Shown here: positions 29,331 through 37,264 of the stretch, piece after piece
Layout of the letters: the number at the start of each line of letters is the position of its first letter
How positions within the stretch are numbered: position 1 is the stretch's first letter
Source: a virus
Taxonomy: Duplodnaviria > Caudoviricetes
Virus record (IMG/VR): IMGVR_UViG_3300025730_000007
Location: 1-64,000 of that record
DNA length: 64,000 nucleotides
Direction: 5' to 3' (one strand)
Translations under genes and position numbers: made by a program
Notes under the pieces: generated by a model
The model's database searches: none
Told to the model about the DNA's origin: nothing
What the model saw: the letters and a program-made list of their open reading frames with translations, nothing else

Positions 29331-30091
29331 GGCGACCAGTCACCACCCCGAAGCCGGCCCACAAGGGGGCCAAGGTGCCCTCGCGGCCCAAGGTCTACCC
29401 CGTTGCCTACGTGCCACCCTCAAGCCTCAAGGGGGCCGATTACAACCCCCGTAACATGGACCTTCCAGAGCTTCACCGACTGGCCCAGAACATTGCCGAG
29501 TTCGGGTTCTTGGATGCGGTGAGTGCGTGCAAGGAGGACAACGAGTTGCTCGGTGGGCACCAGAGGGTGAGGGCCGCATTGATGCTCCTCAGTGGTGAGT
29601 ATGCCCCGCTCAACCCGGACGGCACTGCGATGCTCGGGTGGGAGCGCCCCGAGAAGATCCCGGCCATCTTCGTCGAGGGGCTGAGTGACCGACAACGCAA
29701 GACGGTCAACCTGTCGCTCAATCGCATCAGCGGCAATTGGGACTACGACAAGGTGGTCAGTGTGGTGAAGGACTTGCACGCTCAAGCCATGGCCGACGTG
29801 GACGAAGCCATGAAGGACGTGGACCGTCAACTGAAGGCTATCGACGCGCTCGCGGCAACCGGCTTCAGTGCGGCGGAGATCACCGACTACCTCGACATGA
29901 GCACTGACACGGAGCGGGGCCGGGGGCCGTTGCCGGCCAAGGGGGTTCCCAAGCTCACGCTGGAGTTCACGAGCAAGGAGACGCGCGACGCGTTCAAGTC
30001 ATTCCTCAGCGCGGTAGTCGCGGAGGACGAGCCGAGCGGGGACAGCCTCGCAAAGCGTCTGGGCATCGTAGTGAAGCGCAAGGGTAACTGA
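29327..30091 (+). CDS. ParB N-terminal (ParBc/Srx) domain protein
   Basis: DYNPR, NIAEFGF, GGHQRVRA, NLSLNRISGNWD. Confidence 0.88.
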   Translation: MRRPVTTPKPAHKGAKVPSRPKVYPVAYVPPSSLKGADYNPRNMDLPELHRLAQNIAEFGFLDAVSACKEDNELLGGHQRVRAALMLLSGEYAPLNPDGTAMLGWERPEKIPAIFVEGLSDRQRKTVNLSLNRISGNWDYDKVVSVVKDLHAQAMADVDEAMKDVDRQLKAIDALAATGFSAAEITDYLDMSTDTERGRGPLPAKGVPKLTLEFTSKETRDAFKSFLSAVVAEDEPSGDSLAKRLGIVVKRKGN

Positions 30092-30109
30092 CCGCAACAC
30101 GTATTGCGG
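30092..30109 (+). repeat. 18-bp quasi-palindrome copy 11
   Basis: Between ParB-like stop and TerL start. Confidence 0.98.
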
Positions 30110-30119
30110 TGGAGTGGCA

Positions 30120-31760
30120 ATGGCACGGAGGCTTCTGACACCGGAGCAAGCCGCAGAGGAGATGGACGCTGATAGGAGGCATCAGCGGGAGGTCCGTCTC
30201 ACACCCCTCATCGTCCGCAAGGTCGCCGCCGCGAAGACCAGCATCAAGGGCTTCTTCAACTTCGTGGCGCGGGAGGAGAATACCAAAGCTCGCATTGACG
30301 CCCTCCCGCATCAGCAACTCCTGTTCGACTTCATTCAGGCCCATCCGAAGTGCATTGTGTTCATGCCCCCCGGCGCGAGCAAGACCTTCTGCACGGGCAT
30401 CATCACTCTGTTCCTCTTGGGCCAGAATGCCACGGAGCGCGGAGCGGTAGTCTCTGCCACGCAAGGGCAAGCGGAGAAGCCCCTTGCCATGGTGCGGGAC
30501 TACATCGAGTCGAGCAAGGAGTTGCGCTTCGTCTTCCCGTCGCTACAGCCGAGCATCAGGCGTGGCGACCCGTGGACCCAGACTGCCATCACCGTCAATC
30601 GCCCCCCGGCCATCCGCGACCCCTCCTTGGTTGCGGTCGGCATCGACGGCGCATTGCCGGGTTCGCGACTCTCGTGGATGGTGATTGACGACATCCTCGA
30701 CCGTCAGAACACGGCGACCAAGGCTCAACGCGATAAGGTCTACGACTTCATCGAGACTACGTGCTTGAGCCGCATCGACCTGACGGGCGGGAGGGTGGTA
30801 GTCACCAACACTGCTCACCACCCCGACGACGCTCAACACCGACTGCTCAAGAAGCGCAAGTGGCCGGCAATCAAGATCACCCTCAGTGGCAACGTCTACC
30901 TCTACAACACTGAGTGGGACTCGCCGCTGATACGCCCGAGTGTGCATGGCCCCAAGGACGTGGAGGGGCCATACCGGCTTGTCGCGAATGACGCCTTGCA
31001 CCCGAGCGGCTTCGACGAGCACGACGAACTGAGCTTCTGGCCCACGAAGTTCACCAAGGCTGTCAGGGCGGAACTGAAGCGCGGGTATACGCCTCGCCGC
31101 TTCATGCAGCTATACGAACAGCAGAGCAGCGACAAGGAGAGCCAGCGTTGCCAGGATGAGTGGATCGAGCGGTGCAAGGTGCCGGGGCTCAAGCTGACTG
31201 ACCGCTACGACGGCTCCTTCTACACCGCAACCGGGGTGGACTTGGCGGTACAGGAAGGGGAGGAGAACGACAACACGGCATTCGTTACGGTGGAGTTCCG
31301 CCCCGATGGCGTGCGCCGCATACTCGACGTGGAGATCGGCCAGTGGAACGGCCCCACTATCGTTGAGAAGATCCTCGACAAGACCAGGCGATACAAGTCA
31401 GTCGCCAGGGTGGAGAACAATGCGGCGCAGGACTACATCCTCCAGTTCACCCGCAAGCGGCACAAGGGGACACGCATCGTGCCTCACACCACGGGGAGGA
31501 ACAAGGCCCACCCGGAGTTCGGTGTGGAGGGCATCTTTATCGAGTTCATGAACGGAGCGTGGATGATACCCTGCGAAGAGGACGGGGCGATGGACCCTAT
31601 GGTGGAGTCACTCGTGGAGGGGTGCCTCGAATACCAGCCTTCCAAGCATACACACGACGCGCTGATGGCACTCTGGTTTGCAGTGGAGCAGGGGCGCAAG
31701 ATTGCCGCGTTCGGTGCCATGGGCAAGAGTCCCGGTCGGGCTGGCATCATGGCGCGCTGA
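30120..31760 (+). CDS. terL: Terminase large subunit
   Basis: PPGASKT Walker A, WMVIDD Walker B, nuclease GVDLA, VENNAAQ, HDALMA. Confidence 0.92.
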   Translation: MARRLLTPEQAAEEMDADRRHQREVRLTPLIVRKVAAAKTSIKGFFNFVAREENTKARIDALPHQQLLFDFIQAHPKCIVFMPPGASKTFCTGIITLFLLGQNATERGAVVSATQGQAEKPLAMVRDYIESSKELRFVFPSLQPSIRRGDPWTQTAITVNRPPAIRDPSLVAVGIDGALPGSRLSWMVIDDILDRQNTATKAQRDKVYDFIETTCLSRIDLTGGRVVVTNTAHHPDDAQHRLLKKRKWPAIKITLSGNVYLYNTEWDSPLIRPSVHGPKDVEGPYRLVANDALHPSGFDEHDELSFWPTKFTKAVRAELKRGYTPRRFMQLYEQQSSDKESQRCQDEWIERCKVPGLKLTDRYDGSFYTATGVDLAVQEGEENDNTAFVTVEFRPDGVRRILDVEIGQWNGPTIVEKILDKTRRYKSVARVENNAAQDYILQFTRKRHKGTRIVPHTTGRNKAHPEFGVEGIFIEFMNGAWMIPCEEDGAMDPMVESLVEGCLEYQPSKHTHDALMALWFAVEQGRKIAAFGAMGKSPGRAGIMAR

Positions 31761-31762
31761 CA

Positions 31763-31780
31763 CCGCAATACGTGTTGCGG
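31763..31780 (-). repeat. 18-bp quasi-palindrome copy 12 (reverse)
   Basis: 2 nt after TerL stop. Confidence 0.98.
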
Positions 31781-31805
31781 CATAACAGGGCAATGGAGGC
31801 ACCGA

Positions 31806-32165
31806 ATGAGGCAACTGACTCGTGACCACTTCATGCGCAACCTCTGGCGATGGAGCGCCGGGGTGCCAGAGGTCGAGACTGATGAGTTCGACCATGCGGC
31901 GCAATGGTCCCCCGCGTTCGAGCGACTGATGCGCAACCGGCTCATCGTGGGAGCCTACCGCTACGGGGCAATCGGCGCTCAGGTCAAACCACCCTACGAC
32001 CGCATCTCCTCTTGCCTACGCAGACTGAGGCAATACCGGGAGACGGGGAACCTGGAGTTGCTTGTCGACGTGGCGAACCTCTGCTTGCTTGAGTTCGTCG
32101 AGTGCCGACACCCCCGCAAACACTGGCACTCGACGGACGACGGCGAGCACGTCAACACGGCATAA
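31806..32165 (+). CDS. Hypothetical protein, possibly all-alpha NTP pyrophosphatase-like
   Basis: GAYRYG...GNLELLVDVANLCLLEF resembles the DxAN motif of MazG/dUTPase-fold proteins. Confidence 0.45.
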   Translation: MRQLTRDHFMRNLWRWSAGVPEVETDEFDHAAQWSPAFERLMRNRLIVGAYRYGAIGAQVKPPYDRISSCLRRLRQYRETGNLELLVDVANLCLLEFVECRHPRKHWHSTDDGEHVNTA

Positions 32166-32189
32166 CCACCGATAGCCAAGGAGGGAAGT

Positions 32190-32366
32190 ATGTTGACTCT
32201 AGAGCAAGCGCTGGAGGTTGTTGATGAAGACTTGCCAGACGGTGCGTGGATGGCAATGCTCTGCGACCTGACTGGTATGGATGCCGGCGAGGTGGCAAAC
32301 GGGCTCTATGCAATTGAGAAGCGTCGTCGGCGTGAATGGAGGAATAACAATGAACGCGGGAAGTGA
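32190..32366 (+). CDS. Small hypothetical protein (58 aa)
   Basis: AAGGAGG RBS, ATG 32190, MLTLEQALEVVDEDLPD...; below ORF-track cutoff. Confidence 0.55.
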   Translation: MLTLEQALEVVDEDLPDGAWMAMLCDLTGMDAGEVANGLYAIEKRRRREWRNNNERGK

Positions 32367-32556
32367 GGACTTGCACGGATTCATCTGCTCCGTGGTCCGC
32401 ATGATGCGAGGGGTCATTGCCCCCCGTTGGCACTTCGCCATCGTGGCATGGGATGGGCAGAACTTCGTGTACGAGAAGACCGACCCCGACAGCGTGGCAA
32501 CGTCGAGCGCGTTGCGTGCGTTGTCCATCATTCTCAACCCACCGAACAAGGCGTGA
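32350..32556 (+). CDS. Hypothetical protein
   Basis: GGAGG RBS then ATG 32350. Confidence 0.55.
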   Translation: MNAGSEDLHGFICSVVRMMRGVIAPRWHFAIVAWDGQNFVYEKTDPDSVATSSALRALSIILNPPNKA

Positions 32557-32570
32557 CTAGGAGGCCACCC

Positions 32571-33410
32571 ATGAGACACCGAGTAACCACCGACCCGCGT
32601 GAGCACTTCGTGCGGACTGAGGAAGAACGCAAGGCGGAGAACGAGCGCTATGTGTTCGAGCGGAACAAGCTCAATACTCAGTTCGAGGCGGAGCTTGCTG
32701 TCGAGTGCCGCAAGGCGGGTATCCGTTCCCCCGGCTCCGGGTTGCTGTCGTGCCATGTGAGGACGAAGCATCCCGACCTCTACGCGGTAGTCATCGAGCC
32801 CTACGAGCGCCGCGCGAAGGAGTTGCAGACTCAACACAACGAGCGGCACGACATGCTGACCAAGCGCTTGCATACCTTGGCGACATGGGCGTCAATCCGC
32901 TTCGTTGCGAACGTCGATACCCCACCCCCCGACCCCCCATGGGTGGAGTTCCACACCGCACACGAGTCCAACTACCACACTCAGACGGCTCCCCGAGCCT
33001 ATGCCGAGGCGTCAGCCACCTCGCGCTTGTGGACCGTGGGGTACGCGGAGCCGATGGTGCCTTGCGTGGTTGTTTGGGAGGAGAGGGAGTGCAAGCTCTA
33101 CGTGGCACTTGAGAGCGACCTGGACCGGCGCATCCTCTACATCCGGTGCTATCACGAGGGGCTCCCCGTGGGGGAGTTCATGCGCCGATGTTGGGCGCGA
33201 GCGTGGAACCCCCGAGTGCTCGACCCGTTCCTCCCGGCGGGACTGGAGGACAAGCTCGGGCTCGACTACCAGGGGCGAGATAAGCACGCGACCGCGTACT
33301 CGTGCGCAAGGTGCAAGCGGCTCTATGATGCCGAGGACTATTCGGGGGTGTTCAAGCTCTGCGAATGCGGGTTCGACCTCCGGCCCATACATGGCGACCA
33401 GGAGCCCTAG
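32571..33410 (+). CDS. Hypothetical protein with C-terminal Zn ribbon
   Basis: GGAGG RBS; CARC...CEC. Confidence 0.7.
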   Translation: MRHRVTTDPREHFVRTEEERKAENERYVFERNKLNTQFEAELAVECRKAGIRSPGSGLLSCHVRTKHPDLYAVVIEPYERRAKELQTQHNERHDMLTKRLHTLATWASIRFVANVDTPPPDPPWVEFHTAHESNYHTQTAPRAYAEASATSRLWTVGYAEPMVPCVVVWEERECKLYVALESDLDRRILYIRCYHEGLPVGEFMRRCWARAWNPRVLDPFLPAGLEDKLGLDYQGRDKHATAYSCARCKRLYDAEDYSGVFKLCECGFDLRPIHGDQEP

Positions 33411-33459
33411 CAGCCTCACCACGGGCTCGCAACCCCCACCCCCGGCCCCTTGCCACCCC
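33405..33459 (+). repeat. C-rich dispersed repeat CCCTAGCAGCCTCACCA(C/G)(G/A)GGCTCGCAACCCC..CCCCGGCCCCTTGCCACCCC
   Basis: Related segments at 2004-2030, 15295-15317, 20568-20610, 20660-20680, 39401-39414. Confidence 0.85.
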
Positions 33460-33514
33460 CCTCCCTCCCCGACCCCGTATTCGGCTCCCCACGGCATAAC
33501 CCACTAGGCACTGA

Positions 33515-33532
33515 CCGCAACACGTATTGCGG
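33515..33532 (+). repeat. 18-bp quasi-palindrome copy 13
   Basis: Intergenic. Confidence 0.98.
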
Positions 33533-33552
33533 CGCATACCAGGAGGATCACA

Positions 33553-33834
33553 ATGCCACGCAAACCACACCGACCGCTCGCTGACGTATTGCCCACCGAC
33601 GAGGCACTTGCCCAGATGCGCAAGGCCGGGGGGACTTGGGCCGCATACCAGAACATCGCTCTCGACAGCGCTACCCTTGGCGCTCTGCGCTTCCTCAAGG
33701 TGGGGCCGGGTTGCACTTGCGAGACGGCCCCGGAGCGCTTGCCCGACTCTCACCTTGGCATCGGGTGGCGCTTCTCTCACGTAGGCTACGTCGACCTCGC
33801 CACGGGCGAGATCAAGGAGACGCCCAATGACTGA
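33553..33834 (+). CDS. Hypothetical protein
   Basis: AGGAGG RBS. Confidence 0.7.
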   Translation: MPRKPHRPLADVLPTDEALAQMRKAGGTWAAYQNIALDSATLGALRFLKVGPGCTCETAPERLPDSHLGIGWRFSHVGYVDLATGEIKETPND

Positions 33835-34273
33835 CAAGTTCGCACCCCCCGTTGGAGACGTTGAGTGGAAGGTCTACCGCGTCGATCAAGCCGGCCACTA
33901 TCAACCAACCGGGGCAATCGTTCATGCTCATACGTACTTCGACGCGCATCGCAAAGCGGCTCAGTTGCTCGGGGAGCCCAACCTGGGAGACGTGAAGGTG
34001 GAGATGCTCGGTGGCAATGAGCCCCCGGCCACCGACAAGAATGTGGTGCATACGGTGGTTCACTACACCGTAACGTTCCAGGTCAGTTACTCGTCCAAGG
34101 ACACATTGCACAAGGGGCAACGGGACCGCATTGCGCGGGACATCGAGAACGCTACCAATGAGGCACTCGACTCCCACCCCTACTTCCGCGACAAGAAGCA
34201 AGTGGACTACACCGTAGCGGCGGCTCGCGGCACGGTTCAACCCAAGCTGGGAAGGAGGCCCAAGAATGGCTGA
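33827..34273 (+). CDS. Hypothetical protein
   Basis: AAGGAG RBS, overlap with previous gene. Confidence 0.7.
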   Translation: MTDKFAPPVGDVEWKVYRVDQAGHYQPTGAIVHAHTYFDAHRKAAQLLGEPNLGDVKVEMLGGNEPPATDKNVVHTVVHYTVTFQVSYSSKDTLHKGQRDRIARDIENATNEALDSHPYFRDKKQVDYTVAAARGTVQPKLGRRPKNG

Positions 34274-34814
34274 GAGGACTACCATCGAGGGATATGACAT
34301 CGAGCAGGACTTCACCGGGTTCCGCTACACGAAGCTGAAGGCAATGTACCAACACCCGCGCATCAAGTCGCTCAAGGCGGATGGCGTGGTACGCGTCGCC
34401 GGCATGAACTATTGGAAGGGGCCGGCATGGTACATCCTTGTCGGCCAAGCGCTCAGTCCCGATGACGACTTGTATGCCACCTTCGTCAACGACTCCCAGG
34501 GGGAGGCGAAGGTGCTCGTGGTGCGCGAGGGGGTGGGGCTCACCATCGACGGCATTGAGGTGCTCCGCAAGCTACTTCCCCACCGCTCGCTGGACCTCTT
34601 CGACGTTGCGCGCAAGGTGGGTGAGATGCATATCCTCCGCCTCGGCAGCGGCAACGGCCCCCTCTACCCCCATGCCGAAGCGGTGAAGGCTAGCTTCCAG
34701 GACAATGGCCCCCTCCACGCGGGTGATGTGTTCAGTGATGACGATGTGCGCAAGTCAATTCGCACGTTGGAGGAGAATGACACATTCCCCAAGTCTAGGG
34801 GCAATGGGGGGTGA
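34266..34814 (+). CDS. Hypothetical protein
   Basis: GGAGG RBS. Confidence 0.7.
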   Translation: MAERTTIEGYDIEQDFTGFRYTKLKAMYQHPRIKSLKADGVVRVAGMNYWKGPAWYILVGQALSPDDDLYATFVNDSQGEAKVLVVREGVGLTIDGIEVLRKLLPHRSLDLFDVARKVGEMHILRLGSGNGPLYPHAEAVKASFQDNGPLHAGDVFSDDDVRKSIRTLEENDTFPKSRGNGG

Positions 34815-35113
34815 GTCGGAAGTGTCGTTGCACATCAAGCGGCGAGGAATACCACGTTCCGGGGTGTCGCCCCGGTCGCCCACTCTGCCGTTGGATGCGC
34901 AAGCGCAAGTCGAACCAGCAAGTCTGCAATTGCGAGGCATACCACTTCCCCCATCGCTATGGCTCAGGCAAGTGCGGGCATCCCGAGCGCATTGACATTG
35001 AGTGGCTCGATGCGATGTACCCCAAGCTGACACCCGAGCAACGTGAAGCCGTCATTGCCGGCAACGCAGACCCGGAGGACTTCGACGACATCCCTTTTGA
35101 ACAAGCATGTTAG
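34811..35113 (+). CDS. Cys-rich protein with SSB-tail-like DFDDIPF
   Basis: CRC, CRW, CNCEAYHFPHR..SGKC; ends DFDDIPFEQAC. Confidence 0.55.
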   Translation: MSRKCRCTSSGEEYHVPGCRPGRPLCRWMRKRKSNQQVCNCEAYHFPHRYGSGKCGHPERIDIEWLDAMYPKLTPEQREAVIAGNADPEDFDDIPFEQAC

Positions 35114-35123
35114 GAGGTGCTCA

Positions 35124-35429
35124 ATGCCCCGTCGATCTGTCGATGCTTGCCTTGCTTGTGGCCGTTCGGGCCATCTCGCGACGCGCCACTATGACGCTTA
35201 TCAATGCCCCGTATCGACGGGGCCATGGGGGGATGTCGTGGAGCCCGATGAGGTTGGCCGTTGCGGTCATTGCGGGGGGAGCGGCTTTACGTATCAGAAC
35301 GGCATGCATACATCGAGGAGCGGAGTTCGCGGATACCGTTGCATGCAATGCGGGTGTATCAAGCGAGAGGACTGGCGGAAACTGAAACGCAAGAGGAGGC
35401 CACATGGCACGCAAGCGAATGACGGTTGA
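35124..35429 (+). CDS. Zn-finger protein
   Basis: GGAGG RBS; three CxxC pairs. Confidence 0.65.
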   Translation: MPRRSVDACLACGRSGHLATRHYDAYQCPVSTGPWGDVVEPDEVGRCGHCGGSGFTYQNGMHTSRSGVRGYRCMQCGCIKREDWRKLKRKRRPHGTQANDG

Positions 35430-35664
35430 GGAGACATACGAGTTCCGCGAAGGGGGATTGCCGAAGGCTGGAGAGCTATGGGTCATTGAGCCTTACGGTC
35501 TGCACAAGGTGCTCAGTGTCCCCGAGACACCCGACGAGCACGGGGCATTGATTGTGAGGTGCGAGAGTGTTGCAACCAAGCGCGAGCTTGGACTCTCGCT
35601 CTCACACTGGATGCTCAAGCACCCCTCCTTCCCCAACGGTTGCCCCGCACGGAGGTATCAATGA
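35404..35664 (+). CDS. Hypothetical protein
   Basis: GAGGAGG RBS. Confidence 0.65.
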   Translation: MARKRMTVEETYEFREGGLPKAGELWVIEPYGLHKVLSVPETPDEHGALIVRCESVATKRELGLSLSHWMLKHPSFPNGCPARRYQ

Positions 35665-36137
35665 GCAGCAAGCGCAAGCCGGCTCCGGTCGAGGAGAAGC
35701 GCACTCGCAAGCTCGGGGAGGTGCCCGACCGCATCCGCCTCCCCAAGCGGCGAGTGGGGTTCAACCAGGAAGCACGGGTCGGGGGCCACAAGCTCTACAT
35801 CAGAACGGGTGAGTACGAGGATGGCACCCTCGGTGAGATATTCCTCGATATGCACAAGCAAGGCTCGGCGTTCCGTGCGATGATGAACTGCTTTGCAATG
35901 AGTATCAGTCTCGGGCTCCAGCATGGCATTCCGCTGGACTCCTACGTAAAGATGTTCACCTTCACTCGGTTCGAGCCCAACGGGTTGGTCACGGGGCACG
36001 AGAAGATCCACAAGGCTACGAGCCTCATTGACTACGTGTTTCGCGCACTCGCCATTCACTATCTCGGTCGTGAGGACTTGGCCCACGACCCGGAGGAAGA
36101 GACAATTCATACAGGAGTGTTCAATGGGCAAAGGTAG
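35661..36137 (+). CDS. Stand-alone TSCPD domain (C-terminal domain of class II ribonucleotide reductase)
   Basis: [24 protein letters not shown]...[11 protein letters not shown]...FEPNG...[10 protein letters not shown] matches NrdJ C-termini. Confidence 0.88.
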   Translation: MSSKRKPAPVEEKRTRKLGEVPDRIRLPKRRVGFNQEARVGGHKLYIRTGEYEDGTLGEIFLDMHKQGSAFRAMMNCFAMSISLGLQHGIPLDSYVKMFTFTRFEPNGLVTGHEKIHKATSLIDYVFRALAIHYLGREDLAHDPEEETIHTGVFNGQR

Positions 36138-36336
36138 AGACAAGCGGCGCAAGAAGCAGAGGCAACATGACAACCACGCAAGGCGGAGCACGCCAGGTTC
36201 TCTCGCAGAGGTCCAGGTGATTGGCGTCGACCTTGCGAGCGGCCCAGACTCCACCATTGTCCAGGTCCGCGACGTGACATTGAATGGCAAGCTCATTGCC
36301 ACGCAAGCCGTCGCAGTGCTCAACCCCAAGCTCTAG
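36124..36336 (+). CDS. Small basic hypothetical protein
   Basis: AGGAG RBS; KRRKKQR. Confidence 0.55.
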   Translation: MGKGRDKRRKKQRQHDNHARRSTPGSLAEVQVIGVDLASGPDSTIVQVRDVTLNGKLIATQAVAVLNPKL

Positions 36337-36348
36337 TCCCACCCCCAA

Positions 36349-36366
36349 CCGCAACACGTATTGCGG
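36349..36366 (+). repeat. 18-bp quasi-palindrome copy 14
   Basis: Intergenic. Confidence 0.98.
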
Positions 36367-36389
36367 CCCACCCCCCGGCAGAGTATCCT
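36361..36389 (+). promoter_or_regulatory. Sigma70-like promoter TTGCGG-N17-TATCCT (-35 is the right arm of the 18-bp repeat)
   Basis: Exact 17-nt spacing, upstream of ORF 36443. Confidence 0.4.
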
Positions 36390-36442
36390 ACCCCCACCAG
36401 ACTGAGGCGCGGAGGCCACCCTCACGACCGAAAGGCGATCCC

Positions 36443-36991
36443 ATGAACTACGTTCTCATCCACTATCCCGCTGACGTGCGACTCGTAGGTACGAAGCACA
36501 ATACCGAGTTCGCTCATCTGCTACGTACGAGGGGCGGAGTGCTCCTCCCCGTGGCAGACAATGGGCTCAACACTCTGCACGATTGGGCTCGGCGCGAGTA
36601 CGGGCATCAGGGGCAATTGCCACCTTCCCCCAACCACGTTCTGCGGGGGCCGATCTTCTACATTGACGGGCAACGTTCCATCTCGTGGGCCATGCTGCTC
36701 GACACGGAAGGGGCAATCAGCGGGCGGGTCACTCCGGTGCCGAGTACGGTGCAGAGCGGCAACGGCTTCGTGCGGCTTCACCCGAGTGGCACACAAGCCA
36801 TCGGCATCGACACCGCAACACGTATTGCGGTGAAGGGCGAAGGGGAGAGTACCGTGGAGAGCGAGTGTCTGCTTACGGGGGAGTTCGCCGTCAACCCCGC
36901 ACAACACGGCTTCACGGCGATTGACTTCTACTTCTCCTTCCCCAAGGGCTTCTCCGTTCGGTGGATTGCCGTTGCGCAAGTAGCGAGGTGA
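36443..36991 (+). CDS. Hypothetical protein
   Basis: AAAGG RBS then ATG 36443; contains in-frame 18-bp repeat. Confidence 0.6.
   Translation: MNYVLIHYPADVRLVGTKHNTEFAHLLRTRGGVLLPVADNGLNTLHDWARREYGHQGQLPPSPNHVLRGPIFYIDGQRSISWAMLLDTEGAISGRVTPVPSTVQSGNGFVRLHPSGTQAIGIDTATRIAVKGEGESTVESECLLTGEFAVNPAQHGFTAIDFYFSFPKGFSVRWIAVAQVAR
36813..36830 (+). repeat. 18-bp quasi-palindrome copy 15
   Basis: In-frame in ORF 36443 (ATRIAV). Confidence 0.98.
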
Positions 36992-36994
36992 GCC

Positions 36995-37264
36995 GTGTTT
37001 GCGTGGTTGAAGGACAAGGCGTTTCTGTTGTTCGCCATAGCGGTCGAGCTATGGCGACAGCGCAATGAGCCCTATCCCCCACCCTCCACCCCGGCCATTG
37101 ACGAGGACAACGCTGCTCCGCTCCAACCCATCATTCCCCCCGAGGGGTTGGCAATGAGGTGGAGGGAGGAAGCCCCAACCAAGCCCGATGTCAACCCCAA
37201 GCCAGAGCCTCTGCGTGGTAGCCTTGCAGACCGCGTGGAGAAGGCGAGACGAGGCAATCAATGA
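36995..37264 (+). CDS. Small protein with N-terminal hydrophobic segment
   Basis: FLLFAIAVELW; ATGA-coupled to portal. Confidence 0.6.
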   Translation: MFAWLKDKAFLLFAIAVELWRQRNEPYPPPSTPAIDEDNAAPLQPIIPPEGLAMRWREEAPTKPDVNPKPEPLRGSLADRVEKARRGNQ

